NCBI GenBank assembly: GCA_965203805.1
Contig: OZ241917.1
Span: 5,600,001-5,664,000 of the forward strand
Reading direction: 5' to 3'
From: Candidatus Latescibacterota bacterium
GTDB taxonomy: Bacteria; Latescibacterota; UBA2968; GCA-2709665
DNA length: 64,000 nt
Each line of letters begins with the position of its first letter. The first letter of the stretch is position 1. Below, in pieces: positions 19,954 through 30,281 of the stretch. A program made the translations under genes and the position numbers. The notes beneath the pieces are model-generated. The model saw only the letters and a list, made by a program, of their open reading frames with translations. It had not been told where the DNA came from and searched no databases.

Positions 19954-20607
19954 ATGGATCGAAAGGACTTGTCAATCGCGCGTTTGATCCGCCGGCGGTT
20001 TCAGGACCTCGGTATCACCCGCGGTGAGCTTGTTCGTCGAATGGGATACGCCAATATTGCGAAGGGATGCAGGCGCATCGACCAGATCTGTGGTGGCCGT
20101 GTTGAATTCGCGGAGAACCTCCGGGTCGAGCTTGCAGAGGGCCTTGAGGTGGAAGTCAAGGTGATCGACGAGTCCATTGAGGTCACCCGTGCGGAACTGT
20201 TTGCAGCGGAAGACAAGGCCTATCGTGCGTCATTCAAGCCCCACGCCGTGATTCTGACGGAGCAAAGTGTACCGAGTCAGATCACGTTTTACGCGATGAC
20301 CGGCGGGGCCCGTCATCGGATTATTGCGTTCAAGGACGGGTCGACTCCTGAATCGTACGAGAAACAGGCACGAGAAGCCCTTCCGCGCGTGGTTCCCTTT
20401 TTAGGAAAGCCAACCGGTTATGTCATAAACTATAGTCCTGAATTTGCTCTGAGATTCAACAAGGATGGCAGGCTCGTCGCGAGGCTCAACCGCGCATTCC
20501 GTGTGGGGCAATCAAACGCTGCTATCGGCGGCAAGGAGATCGACGAGAAAACCTGGGCGTCGCTCCTCGGGGACGTAACTTTCCGTTCCTCGCTCGAAGT
20601 GGATTGA
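19954..20607 (+). CDS. Hypothetical protein with possible N-terminal XRE-like HTH
   Basis: GGGAGG RBS; LGITRGELVRRMGY resembles an HTH. Confidence 0.65.
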   Translation: MDRKDLSIARLIRRRFQDLGITRGELVRRMGYANIAKGCRRIDQICGGRVEFAENLRVELAEGLEVEVKVIDESIEVTRAELFAAEDKAYRASFKPHAVILTEQSVPSQITFYAMTGGARHRIIAFKDGSTPESYEKQAREALPRVVPFLGKPTGYVINYSPEFALRFNKDGRLVARLNRAFRVGQSNAAIGGKEIDEKTWASLLGDVTFRSSLEVD

Positions 20608-20748
20608 CGCCCATCGTACGGGATAACCACAGCTTCATCCTTTGAGGACAACCAGGTCTGAAAACAACACCAGAGCTACCGGTACACCCTTGTAGCTCTG
20701 CATTTTACGGGTTGGAAAACCGCAGAATCTCCGTTAGCGGAGTGAACT

Positions 20749-21302
20749 ATGGACAAGGAAGCGTGCGATTTCCAGGAAGAAAGCGTTGGCTTAGCGGAGA
20801 CGTCAACTTGGCTTGAAATAACGCGAATATTTGGCTCTCTGCTGGATATACGCGATTACGTCCACAAGATTATGATGTCGGACTCGTGGGCATATGCAGG
20901 AAGTATGGCAGGCTTCCTTCACGGCCCCTCGCTGTCGCCGAGAACGCCACGAATTCGGTATGGCACTCAACGGCCATACTTATGTTCCCTTCCCTTAAAT
21001 CAAACACCTTTGGTGCTACCATTGATGCTGTCTGTGTGCGGCAACGATGGTTCATCTGCCATCAGATGGCCCATATGGCAACGGGCCATCTGGTCTATAC
21101 CCATTTGGGAAAGGTGGCAACTCACGGACCGGAATTCGCAGATGCATACCTTAATCTTGTCATAGAGATGTTGGGTGTTACTGAGGGTGCGAGGCTGTTA
21201 GCGGCCTTCGAACGCTATGGCGTAGAGCACCAGGTCACATCCTTCGACGCGCCCACGAGCGCACAGATGGAGGCATATTACCGTGAGTACGCTCTAAGGT
21301 GA
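20749..21302 (+). pseudogene. Frameshifted HExxH metallohydrolase (TIGR04338/SprT-like)
   Basis: N-terminal part in the 20749 frame; C-terminal part WFICHQMAH...HGPEFADAYLNLV in the 20886 frame; catalytic E replaced by Q. Confidence 0.6.
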
Positions 21303-21514
21303 TATGGGCTTATGGCCCGTTTTATGGGGTAATAACCCCGGAAATTCAGGGCTCGTTGGCACAGAATTTACGCCTCTATATGGCGGAAGGGTCGGTCAAG
21401 CGGGTGCGCCCATCCCGTAGAGGCTGGCCAATATCTGCCGACACTAACAGATGTAGATTTCACTCCTATCGACAGCCGTCAGCCTGCCGACCCTTCAGCC
21501 AAAGGAGAAAGGTA

Positions 21515-21745
21515 ATGAACCGAGTTGGAGTTACACCCGTCGGAATAGTTGAGATCGAATCCTATGAGCATGCGGGAGGAAGTTGGATTGCACTAACTCC
21601 CCGGCCTCTTGGAAAGCCTGCCAATCCGAGGCCACCCCGGACCTCCTCGCTATCTCTCGGAGGGGCGCAGGAGCTGGCGGAGCGACTGCTTACCAAGGTG
21701 GACGATCTACGACGGGGAGACATGGGCGCCTACCCTGAACCTTAA
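21515..21745 (+). CDS. Hypothetical protein (76 aa)
   Basis: Strong AAGGAG RBS before ATG 21515. Confidence 0.45.
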   Translation: MNRVGVTPVGIVEIESYEHAGGSWIALTPRPLGKPANPRPPRTSSLSLGGAQELAERLLTKVDDLRRGDMGAYPEP

Positions 21746-22103
21746 GTTGTGGCGCAGATCGGCGGAGTTGCGTATGTTGATCCCGCCCTACTTTGAACAG
21801 CGGCAGACCGGAGGTCAAGCGGTTTCCATTGGCCGTCAAGGTTGGCGAGCACCTACCGCCCCAACGGATGTAGATTGTACCCCCTGCGGCTAGGCACCAG
21901 CCTGCATCCCGTCTGCATTGCCCCGATAACCCAACGTTATCGGGGCTATTTATTTTCGCTTAAAACCGCGTGTTAGCGCCGAATTGGCCCTCATTTTGCC
22001 TCTTGATAGGGGTGTCCCCAACCCTGGCGGGCACTGGAGTTAACCCAGGTCGTTCTGCAGGAACGACGTAGCGAAAGGACACACCCCTACGAGCGTCATC
22101 GAG

Positions 22104-22958
22104 ATGTACCAGCGGTTCCCTGACCAGGAGGCCTGCATCGACCACCTGGAGGAAATCAGATTCGGTTACAGACCATTCTGCCCACTGTGCGGATGCGTCT
22201 ACGTGGCCCGTAAGACCGACGGTAACCGGATCGGACGCTGGACCTGCTACGGCTGTAGATCGAGCTATAACGTCCTGTCCGGTACGCTGTTCGCGGGAAC
22301 CAGGATTCCCCTGCAAAAGTGGTTTTACGCAATCGACCTGATGCTTGCGGCAGCGAAGGGAATCTCAAGCTACCAAATGGCGCGGCATCTGGCCATGGAC
22401 CAGAAGACGGCCTGGTCAATGATGCAACGAATACGGATGTCGATGTTCTTAGCCCGGAACCGGCTGATCCTTAAGGGATTGGTTGAAGCCGATGAAACCT
22501 ATGTCGGAGGCGATGCACGGCCCGGCAGTAACCAAGGATGGGGAACCACTAAGTTGCCTGTCCTCGGCATTGTTGAGCGAGGAGGACGGGTTGTAGCGAG
22601 TCCGCTTAACGAGGTAACGGCCGAATCAATCCGCGAGTTCTTTGAGAATACGGTTATGGAAGGTTCGGAGCTACACACGGACGGACTCATTGCCTACCAA
22701 AATCTCAAGAACATCGTCTGCCACAGAGTGGTTAAGCGGCATCAGAAACGATTCCGTAACAACATCCATACCAACACGATCGAGGGGTTTTGGTCGATCA
22801 TCAAGCGGGCATGGAAGGGAACGTTCCACAATTACGGCAAGGAGCGGGCGCACCTGTATGCCGCTGAGACGTGTTATCGGTTCAACGCTCGAAAGAATCC
22901 GGATGGGTTTAACGACTTCATTATAGGGGAGCTATTCGGCGACAAAGACCCCATCTAA
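22104..22958 (+). CDS. IS1595-family (ISXO2-like) DDE transposase
   Basis: Zinc ribbon CPLC..CYGC, VEADETYVGG, LHTDG, HTNTIEGFWSIIKR, YRFN. Confidence 0.95.
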   Translation: MYQRFPDQEACIDHLEEIRFGYRPFCPLCGCVYVARKTDGNRIGRWTCYGCRSSYNVLSGTLFAGTRIPLQKWFYAIDLMLAAAKGISSYQMARHLAMDQKTAWSMMQRIRMSMFLARNRLILKGLVEADETYVGGDARPGSNQGWGTTKLPVLGIVERGGRVVASPLNEVTAESIREFFENTVMEGSELHTDGLIAYQNLKNIVCHRVVKRHQKRFRNNIHTNTIEGFWSIIKRAWKGTFHNYGKERAHLYAAETCYRFNARKNPDGFNDFIIGELFGDKDPI

Positions 22959-23161
22959 TCCCGTTGGTCTGGATCTTTCAGGGCCCTGTCGATCAGAGAA
23001 TCGGCAGGGCTTTCTTTATTGGTCTCCGCGTCAAGGAATTCCTGCACTGTATCCTTCGCGCCCTGTCCGTCTGTGACCTTCTGGATCAATTCCTTTGCAG
23101 TTTTCATGCTATCCCCAAATGTAGAGCGTAGGGAGATTTTGTCAGCAACGGTCTTGACCAT
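22955..23161 (-). CDS. Small hypothetical protein
   Basis: 68-aa ORF convergent with the transposase; start uncertain. Confidence 0.35.
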   Translation of the reverse strand: MVKTVADKISLRSTFGDSMKTAKELIQKVTDGQGAKDTVQEFLDAETNKESPADSLIDRALKDPDQRD

Positions 23162-23819
23162 GCAGTCTCGACATGTTATATTTACGGCGTCAACGATTGG
23201 GCAGCTTCCCGCATGTCGGGTAGCCTACCAAATACAACAACGGAATTAAAGGGACACGGGTAGCTCCCATGTCCTCCGTGAATAGGTCGGACCTTCCCGC
23301 ATCCTCAAAGCTGCGTGATCGTTGACACTACCCGACACCCATACCCGGGTGACAGTGTCAACGGTATTCTACGCCGGAGAATGCGATGCGAAGCCCACTC
23401 GCAGCCGTAACGCTATTGGTCTGTGTGAATATCCCACCAACAGTCAACTGTCCACCCGATGGCGCCCTGCCTCACGTGTATCCGAGCGGGAAGCAATCTG
23501 CTTCCCGACACCAATCAAGCCTTAACTGGCCGTAACTTCGGGGGTTCGCATTACCCGGAGTCTAACCTTGATTCGACATTTTTCGGTTAGGTTAAATCGA
23601 ATATGGGCTAGTTAATAAAGGCGATTTGACGTCGGATTTCCAGGATACTTCAGGTCACTGGACGTGAACGGAAAAAATGTCCATTTCGACGACTTTATCG
23701 GCCCAATTCGGAAGGATTTGTCGCGGCGCCGCGTTGCGGCTTTTGTCGAATTAAGGCTAAGCCCTAAACGCCTTGGAGCGTTACAGAAAGTCGCCTGATT
23801 TATTTCACAAGGGGGATAT

Positions 23820-24392
23820 ATGAGCATCAAAGAGAAACGCAACGCCATGCGTATGGGAAACAGAATGAAAACGACCCTTATCAGCGCAACATTGCTTTGC
23901 GCCTTACTCGCCTGTGGTGACGATAAGCCTACTGAACCAGCCCCGCCAGACAATGCCCTTGTGGGGAATTGGCGATTCAGCGGATCGGAGTTGCCGCAAG
24001 CGTCTGCTGACAGGTTTTTGGAAAATTTGAAGGTAATTGGTTTTGATTCAAGCGCCGCAGTCACGTTGGTTAGCGAGTTTAAGGCATCGATTGACAGGGG
24101 AACGCAGGGTTCCGGGTTTAGTGTGTGGCGCATCAATGCAGACGGCACATGGTCAGACAATGACGGGGGAAACGGCACCTATACTGTTGCTGGTGACCGT
24201 CTAACGGTTTCCTCTCCTGACAACCCAACGCTGACCGGGCGGTATTTTGTGACTGATACGGCATTGACGTTTGATGTTGCCATTTTGGAACTCCTTAAAC
24301 AGCTTCAGGATATTGATTCTCCAGTAGAGGAAAGACAGTTTAACATCCTATTTGGAGGTGTGAATACTCGGCTTATCTTCCAGAAGATATAA
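23820..24392 (+). CDS. Putative lipoprotein with lipocalin-like beta fold
   Basis: Signal peptide and lipobox LLAC, followed by LVGNW; true start may be 23865. Confidence 0.7.
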   Translation: MSIKEKRNAMRMGNRMKTTLISATLLCALLACGDDKPTEPAPPDNALVGNWRFSGSELPQASADRFLENLKVIGFDSSAAVTLVSEFKASIDRGTQGSGFSVWRINADGTWSDNDGGNGTYTVAGDRLTVSSPDNPTLTGRYFVTDTALTFDVAILELLKQLQDIDSPVEERQFNILFGGVNTRLIFQKI

Positions 24393-24621
24393 AATTCGTT
24401 GGTCACTGGGGACGATGTGACTTTGGGTTATAACCCCCCCAAACAATGGGGGCGGTCTCCCGCATCCGGTCCACCACCCGCTGGTCGTTCACCTTGCCCG
24501 AAATGCCAGGGACTGCGACAGGTCGCACGGACCGAGGAAGACGACGTCCAGGTCGGACCGGGCGTTTATCGCGTCCAGGCTCTCCACGCTTTCCACGTGG
24601 ATCAGGACCATGGATTCCCTG

Positions 24622-25406
24622 GTGCGCCGTGAAAAGGCGCGGAACTCCAGTGGGTGAGAGTCCCACCCGACAAATGTTGCTGCGGTCGGTAGCAACCGGA
24701 GCGGGGGTGAAGGTAACGACATCTCCGAAGCCTCCGGTGTAAAGGGTCGCAAGGCGACTCGGCGAGTATGCGGGCCGAAACGTGCAGTGAACGCTGAGCA
24801 GGCCTCGAAAAAGGTAATGCGGGAGCCGACCCGCCCATGGATCGGGGAAGGCCGCCGTCGTTGGAAAAAGAGAGCAACGCGCGCATCCAACGGTCCCGCC
24901 TGCCTGTCCGAGGGACGCAGGCAGGCCGGGGTAATGGCGAAGGCACGTATACAAGGAGATCCGACGCAACACGGGAAGCCCCAGCGGTGGTGTATAGACA
25001 CCAACCGGACGCCCGTGAGGGACAGGCCGGGCCGTATGGGGTGGCGGACAGGCTCGTAGTACCCGTGAAGCCGGGTAATGCCGGTGGAGGGAAGGGGCCT
25101 GACTTCGGATGTGCTTGTGAAGGGGACAACGGTCGGGAGAGTGGCGCAAGCCTATTACCTCCTCTAAAAGTAGATGAGGCGACTCCAGAGCAAGCTTGGG
25201 CTTCAGGTGAAGCTGTCCGGGCAGTGCGGGCAGCGTGTGCCTGAAGGCGACGTCCGTCGGAGAGCCGGATGCGGGAAAACCGCACGTCCGGTTCGATGAG
25301 CGGGATGTGGAAACGGAGCACGGAGCGGCTATTGAGGCACCGCCAGACGAAAGGGGCGGAAACAGATAGGCCACTCCTAAACCACCGCGCCACATCTCGA
25401 CTCTAC
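24622..25406 (+). ncRNA. ORF-less group II intron (RT gene internally deleted)
   Basis: 5' GTGCG; domain V GAGCCGGATGCGGGAAAACCGCACGTCCGGTTC; domain VI ending CTCTAC; removal restores GGATTCCCTG/TTAAGCCGCTCGAAG, matching the intact aldolase. Confidence 0.92.
24899..24925. repeat. 27-nt mini-hairpin insertion within the group II intron
   Basis: CCTGCCTG-TCCGAGGGA-CG-CAGGCAGG. Confidence 0.85.
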
Positions 25407-25499
25407 TTAAGCCGCTCGAAGATCTGCCCCCCTTCCAAGAAGTACCGGGCCACACGTGTATAGGGCCAGGCGTACAGATCCCACACAACGAGGCGAGTT

Positions 25500-25910
25500 A
25501 TGGCGCGCAAGAAAAGTATAAAAGGGCACGCCCCCGGCGATGCGCGGACGGCGGCTGACGCGGCGGCGGAGAAGGAGGCCAGGGCGAAAGCGGCCGAGTG
25601 GCGGGAAATCGCCGAGCAAGCGGCCGACGATTATTCGAAGCGCGAAGGCAAATTTACGCGGAAGCTCACAGAATCGGAGGCGCAGGGCGCCCTTGCGAGG
25701 GGATGTATTGCGGCGAAGGGCGCAGCCAAAGCCTGGGCAGCCGTAGCGGACAAGTGGGAGGCCGGTGACCGGGACCGGGCAAAGCAGTACGAGGAGGAAG
25801 CAAACGCCGCGATGATGGATTCCCTGGACGGCCTCGACAAAGCGGACGAACTCTGGAAGATGGAGCAGGAGGGGAAATCGGCCTCGCAGGGTGGTACGAA
25901 ACGACCTTAG
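25500..25910 (+). CDS. Ala/Glu/Lys-rich helical hypothetical protein
   Basis: 136-aa ORF with GAGG RBS and coding-like composition. Confidence 0.6.
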   Translation: MARKKSIKGHAPGDARTAADAAAEKEARAKAAEWREIAEQAADDYSKREGKFTRKLTESEAQGALARGCIAAKGAAKAWAAVADKWEAGDRDRAKQYEEEANAAMMDSLDGLDKADELWKMEQEGKSASQGGTKRP

Positions 25911-26065
25911 AGCCGGATCCATGGGCCAAGCCACCATAATCTATATTAAACTCGGAGGGGAGTTTTTTCACCAAATGTTGGCACGAAGGGGTCAGCATAA
26001 CAACGCCTGCCAATTGACATACTGGCAGGCGGGTTGTTGACGAAATTGTGTGATGCGGTGGATTC

Positions 26066-26314
26066 TTAATCTTTGGCGTTCAGCCTTGCTTCGTTCGCGG
26101 CGATGCGTTCACCGAAGGAATCCAATCGTGAGTCGATTTTGTCCAGGCGAACTTCGATTCTGTCGAATCGTCTATCAATACGCCGTTCCAGATCGCTTGT
26201 CATATAATACACAATTCCAAAGGTGGCGATGAAATTGGAGGTTGCCAACGCCAGGACGGCCACGATGATTCTGGTGGTTTCGGCGCTCCAGAATTTACCG
26301 TTACTTGCATTCAT
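26066..26314 (-). CDS. Small protein, transmembrane helix plus coiled coil
   Basis: Hydrophobic segment followed by IDRRFDRIEVRLDKIDSRLD heptads. Confidence 0.65.
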   Translation of the reverse strand: MNASNGKFWSAETTRIIVAVLALATSNFIATFGIVYYMTSDLERRIDRRFDRIEVRLDKIDSRLDSFGERIAANEARLNAKD

Positions 26315-26444
26315 CGGGTACCCCCCGGATTGAACTCTTCCAGGTAGCTGTGATACAGTAAAAATCTAACAAATCGAGGGGGTTTGTCAAGCCTGACCTT
26401 GATTCGAACTAATCAGGCTGATAGAGTAACTGAACGAGGGCAAG

Positions 26445-26925
26445 ATCATACTCTGCAAATCCAGAATCATGGCGGGACGCCAGTGCGAGAAGCGTCTGTG
26501 GCTGGAGGTGCATCGGCGGGATCTCATCGCATACGACCCGGACGTAAAGCACCGCCTGGCGGTTGGCGAGGACGTCAATGTCGTGGCGCGTGCCCAACAT
26601 CCGGGCGGAGTACTGATCGAATACGATGACGGTGCGGCTCGTGGACCTCCTTCCCATCGTGCGAAGGACGTACTATCACCCTGATATGCTCGGTTCGTGG
26701 TCGATCAAGAAGGTCTTGCCAACGGTCGCGCCGCACCTCGACTACGGATCGCTCGGTGAAGTCCGGGACGGAGCCGCTGCAGGAACGGCTTATCTGCGGA
26801 TTATCGATCCTGAAACCGATGCCGCCGAGCCCCGGCGGCTGGAGCGGGAGTTGTTGGAATACTGCAAGCTCGACACGCTGGGGATGATGGAACTCGTGAA
26901 ATTTCTTTCTCAAAGTGGCCGGTAA
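26445..26925 (+). pseudogene. DUF2779-family nuclease-like protein, internally deleted
   Basis: N-terminal KSRIMAGRQCEKRLWL joined out of frame to C-terminal YYHPDMLGSWSIKKVLP...LLEYCKLDT. Confidence 0.75.
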
Positions 26926-27075
26926 CAAGCTTCACATTCACAAGCAAGGAATCCAATGTCGGACACACCGAGTTTCCGAAGGACGACAAAAAAAAGTCAC
27001 GGAGCCGTTGTCAGATGAACGATGTGTGCGAAGTCTCATAATCGTAGAAGGGAACCGACAGATAGGAGGTGTACG

Positions 27076-27879
27076 GTGGATAACGAAGAGTACCTGAAGG
27101 AAGTTAATAACGCGCTTGCGAGAGACGAAACCCTACTCGGACGTGTCTGGAAACACACTTTTCCTGTTGAAAAATCTCCTGACGAGATTTCAAAGGAATT
27201 GGACAAGGCTACAAGCGGTTTCGTCTACAATTATAGGCGTTACCTTGGCGCAATGTTAAATGGAGAAATTCCCGACAAACCAACCCTTGCCAAACAGACT
27301 GAACGCGCTTTGCGGAGTTTCCAAAAGCGGCATCGAGGAGTTCTAAGCAAAGGGACTGAACAGGAACTAAAGCTACGTGAGGAAAAGTGTGCATCAATCG
27401 CAAACAACCCCGAGGAAGTGGAAAGGGAGAATGCAGATATTGAGATTGAAACCATAAGACGAATTGGAGAATTCGAAAAGGCAAACGTACCGGGAATATA
27501 TCTTTATACGTATCCTCGTTATTTAAGTGCGCCGATAGAACCGTCTAATGATGATTCCACCATGAGGACATTTATGAAAATTGGTATTTCCGAGAAGAAT
27601 GCGCGCGAGCGTATCCGACAACAGACTACAGGAATGCCGGAACCGCCGAAGATAATCGAAATCTGGGTCGTTGATAACGATGATGACGTAAAACTGTTAG
27701 AATCCAAAATCAAGCATCACTTAAACACGATAGGTCACGGAAGGTCAGGCAGCAAACGACGGGAGTGGTTCTTGACGAACGAAGAAACAGTAGTATCGAC
27801 CATCAATCTAATTGGTCTCACCCGTTTCGCTGATCACGTGAAAGAAACATCTGCAAACGCGGAGAATGTAGGTGAATAG
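27076..27879 (+). CDS. GIY-YIG (T5orf172-like) nuclease-domain protein
   Basis: GIYLY..MKIGIS..RERI..TGMPE..REWF; AGGAGG RBS and GTG start. Confidence 0.8.
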   Translation: MDNEEYLKEVNNALARDETLLGRVWKHTFPVEKSPDEISKELDKATSGFVYNYRRYLGAMLNGEIPDKPTLAKQTERALRSFQKRHRGVLSKGTEQELKLREEKCASIANNPEEVERENADIEIETIRRIGEFEKANVPGIYLYTYPRYLSAPIEPSNDDSTMRTFMKIGISEKNARERIRQQTTGMPEPPKIIEIWVVDNDDDVKLLESKIKHHLNTIGHGRSGSKRREWFLTNEETVVSTINLIGLTRFADHVKETSANAENVGE

Positions 27880-28017
27880 AGGACATACTTGCTCGTCTAA
27901 TCGCGTATGAGAATAAGGTAAAACGCTGGAAGGAAGAGAATTGGAACCGTGATCATTGCTACGAAATGCGCGGGAACATCTGTCTGGACATACAGGGAAT
28001 ATTGGGAGTGATTTTGC

Positions 28018-28308
28018 ATGAGCAGAACATACCGACGGCAGCGCCAGAAAGATAGTTATTACCGGTGGGTCGACTTCAATCTGGAAACCAAACCAGGACG
28101 ACACTACGGGGATCGTCACATAACCAGAATGGAACACCTTTCGGCGCGCGTGTTCAGGGACGTCTGCAGGGGTGACTGGAGCGACGTGAGGGGCAAGCTG
28201 CGTCTGGGCCGTGCTTTGCGGATTTGCTCCAAGTATATTATACGTCAGGAGCTTGTCAAAATGGATCGTAAGGAAGGAGGAGAATCGCATGGCGCCAGAG
28301 ATGGCTGA
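28018..28308 (+). CDS. Hypothetical protein
   Basis: 96-aa ORF with GGGAG RBS. Confidence 0.4.
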   Translation: MSRTYRRQRQKDSYYRWVDFNLETKPGRHYGDRHITRMEHLSARVFRDVCRGDWSDVRGKLRLGRALRICSKYIIRQELVKMDRKEGGESHGARDG

Positions 28309-28544
28309 CATTCCGGATAATTTCCGACACCTAAGTCAATTTCAATGAATCCCGCAATGGACACGTCCGACTTTTATGGATTTGCAACAAAGGAACTCGC
28401 CTAGGACACCGCGATCTCATTACATTTTCGCTTGCCGGATTCTCATGGAGAACGTCCACGTACACTTTGGCGACCACTTTGAATCCGATACAATTCGACA
28501 AGCCGTCCGCAAGACACCAACAACCACAAGAGATCGGAGTGTAA

Positions 28545-29522
28545 GTGATGACCGTTTGGGCATTTAACCGAGCGACTGATGATGACGCTAGACAATCTCT
28601 GTATCAATCCATCAGGATGGGGAAATCACGTTTTGGCTGGTCTTCGTTAGATGAACACAATTTGAGATTAAAGGATAACTGGTCTGACAATCACTCGAGG
28701 AATTTGTTTCTCTTACAGATAAGTAAGGGTGATTGGATTGTTCACGTAAACACACCGAGTTGGGGACGATGTATCGCAGTTCGGGTGGTTTCGGAATACG
28801 GCTTTGATGAAGGATTGGATGTCCCGTGGGGCAAGGATTTCCGACATTGTTTCGAAATCGACGTTGAATCGATCATTGAATTTAACCGGAGGGATCCAAA
28901 TGTTCTACCGTCAGTCAACTTGAATCCCAGATATCGGTATCAGAGAGTCTATGCAGCTGAGGACTTTCTCAAGTCGATTGAAAATTTGAAACACAACGTG
29001 ATCAACCTCAATTCTGGAGAGAGTAAGGAAGAATTCCACCTGAAGGATGGGACAAACCGATATCTTTCTGAGATTGCGAAACTAATCCACGAAACACACA
29101 AAAGCAAGCGACTTGAGCCATTCCTTGCAAAGGTCTTCCGAAAAATACGTGGCGTGGTTGATGTCGACGAAAACGGTTCTGGTTGGAGAAGCGATTATGG
29201 TGCCGATCTTATCGTTACAATGCGCTCGCCCTTGGGGCACTTGGAGATTGAAAACAAGATCATCGTTCAGATCAAGTCCTTCTCGGGCAGCCACTACGAA
29301 GTTGGCGCTGTTGATCAGGTACAAGCGGGAATTGAGAAATTCAATGGTACGGCTGGGATGATCATAACAACAGCGGGGAAGACCGAAAAATTGGAAAACA
29401 AAATCCGGGAGACATCCGAGGCCATAGATCGACCAATAGATTTACTGGCTGCCGATGATGTCGCAAAGTTCGTGTTAAAGATCGCACCAGAACTGCTGTT
29501 TCGGCTGGACGGAATTTCCTGA
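28545..29522 (+). CDS. Mrr-like restriction endonuclease with N-terminal PUA/EVE-like domain
   Basis: DYGADL..IVQIKS..AVDQV..GMIITT catalytic pattern; N-terminal ISKGDWIV. Confidence 0.75.
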   Translation: MMTVWAFNRATDDDARQSLYQSIRMGKSRFGWSSLDEHNLRLKDNWSDNHSRNLFLLQISKGDWIVHVNTPSWGRCIAVRVVSEYGFDEGLDVPWGKDFRHCFEIDVESIIEFNRRDPNVLPSVNLNPRYRYQRVYAAEDFLKSIENLKHNVINLNSGESKEEFHLKDGTNRYLSEIAKLIHETHKSKRLEPFLAKVFRKIRGVVDVDENGSGWRSDYGADLIVTMRSPLGHLEIENKIIVQIKSFSGSHYEVGAVDQVQAGIEKFNGTAGMIITTAGKTEKLENKIRETSEAIDRPIDLLAADDVAKFVLKIAPELLFRLDGIS

Positions 29523-29835
29523 CGGGAGTACAAGAATTCGGGGTTGTATCTTGCGTCGATGCGAGGGGCATCTGGACGAAATGTAACCCTGATGTGGATA
29601 ATTGGGGGACGGAGAGGCTGCGTAGGTCGCGAAAGTTTCATTCCGTGAGCATTGCACGTGGTTGGCGGTTGACGCCAATAGTACCGTGTGTCTGGATGCC
29701 TGCGCTGAGAGACTTCAATGCATATGCTGTTTGATTCGGTTATCCATCGCGCAACTTTCCGATAGATTTCCATCCGAGAAATCGCAAGAGATACCGCGCA
29801 AACGTCGGTGAGTTGGGTGAGGACGGCCGTGCAAA

Positions 29836-29864
29836 CCAGGGCAACCACACGGGTTGCCCCTACA
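29836..29864 (-). repeat. GTAG-type REP
   Basis: TGTAGGGGCAACCCGTGTGGTTGCCC on the minus strand; empty-site counterpart of 55642-55700. Confidence 0.75.
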
Positions 29865-29966
29865 ATGCTGGGATCCGATACACCCGAAGCCCCGGTCTTC
29901 GGTCACGAAATACTCAGTGGCCTGGAATTGTCATTGACCTCCAGAATTTATGTAGTAAAATTAATC

Positions 29967-30061
29967 ATGCGGATCAAGTTCGACGCGGCGACGCCCAGAG
30001 GATCAATAGCATGAGGAGGGCAAATGAACGAGAACGACGGCTCTACGGCCCGAGGTTTTGA
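29967..30061 (+). pseudogene. brnT: BrnT toxin remnant (internal deletion)
   Basis: MRIKFDAA fused out of frame to RINSMRRANERERRLY. Confidence 0.75.
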
Positions 30062-30281
30062 CCCCGACACTGCACCCGATCTCTCGAAGGACGGCTGGCC
30101 GGAAAAGTTCGCCAGGGCGCCCGTACGTCGGGGCCGTCCCCCGAAGGCGCGACCGAAAGTGTCGACCACGATCCGGTTGTCCCAGGAGGTCGTCGATCAT
30201 TTTCGCGCCGGAGGGCGCGGCTGGCAGACACGGATCGACAACGCCCTGCGCGACTGGATCAAACGACACGACGTCGCTTGA
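30024..30281 (+). CDS. brnA: BrnA antitoxin
   Basis: RGRPP..KVSTTIRLSQEVVDHFRAGGRGWQTRIDNALR. Confidence 0.9.
   Translation: MNENDGSTARGFDPDTAPDLSKDGWPEKFARAPVRRGRPPKARPKVSTTIRLSQEVVDHFRAGGRGWQTRIDNALRDWIKRHDVA

Larger units (their letters stand above)
21326..24437. mobile_element. Putative IS1595-family element with passenger genes
   Basis: Candidate terminal inverted repeats GGGGTAATAACCC (21326-21338) and GGGTTATAACCCC (24425-24437), 12/13 match; no target duplication found. Confidence 0.5.
24452..25468 (-). pseudogene. Degenerate internal fragment of an HpcH/HpaI aldolase paralog, interrupted by an intron
   Basis: Flanks align by eye with about 32285-32528 (ESMVLIHVE...DVVFLGP; QIFERL). 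Confidence 0.85.

Noticed and set aside
24403-25488. Long ORFs (361 aa, 263 aa) across the intron
   Set aside because: Antisense read-through of structured GC-rich intron RNA; no RT motifs.
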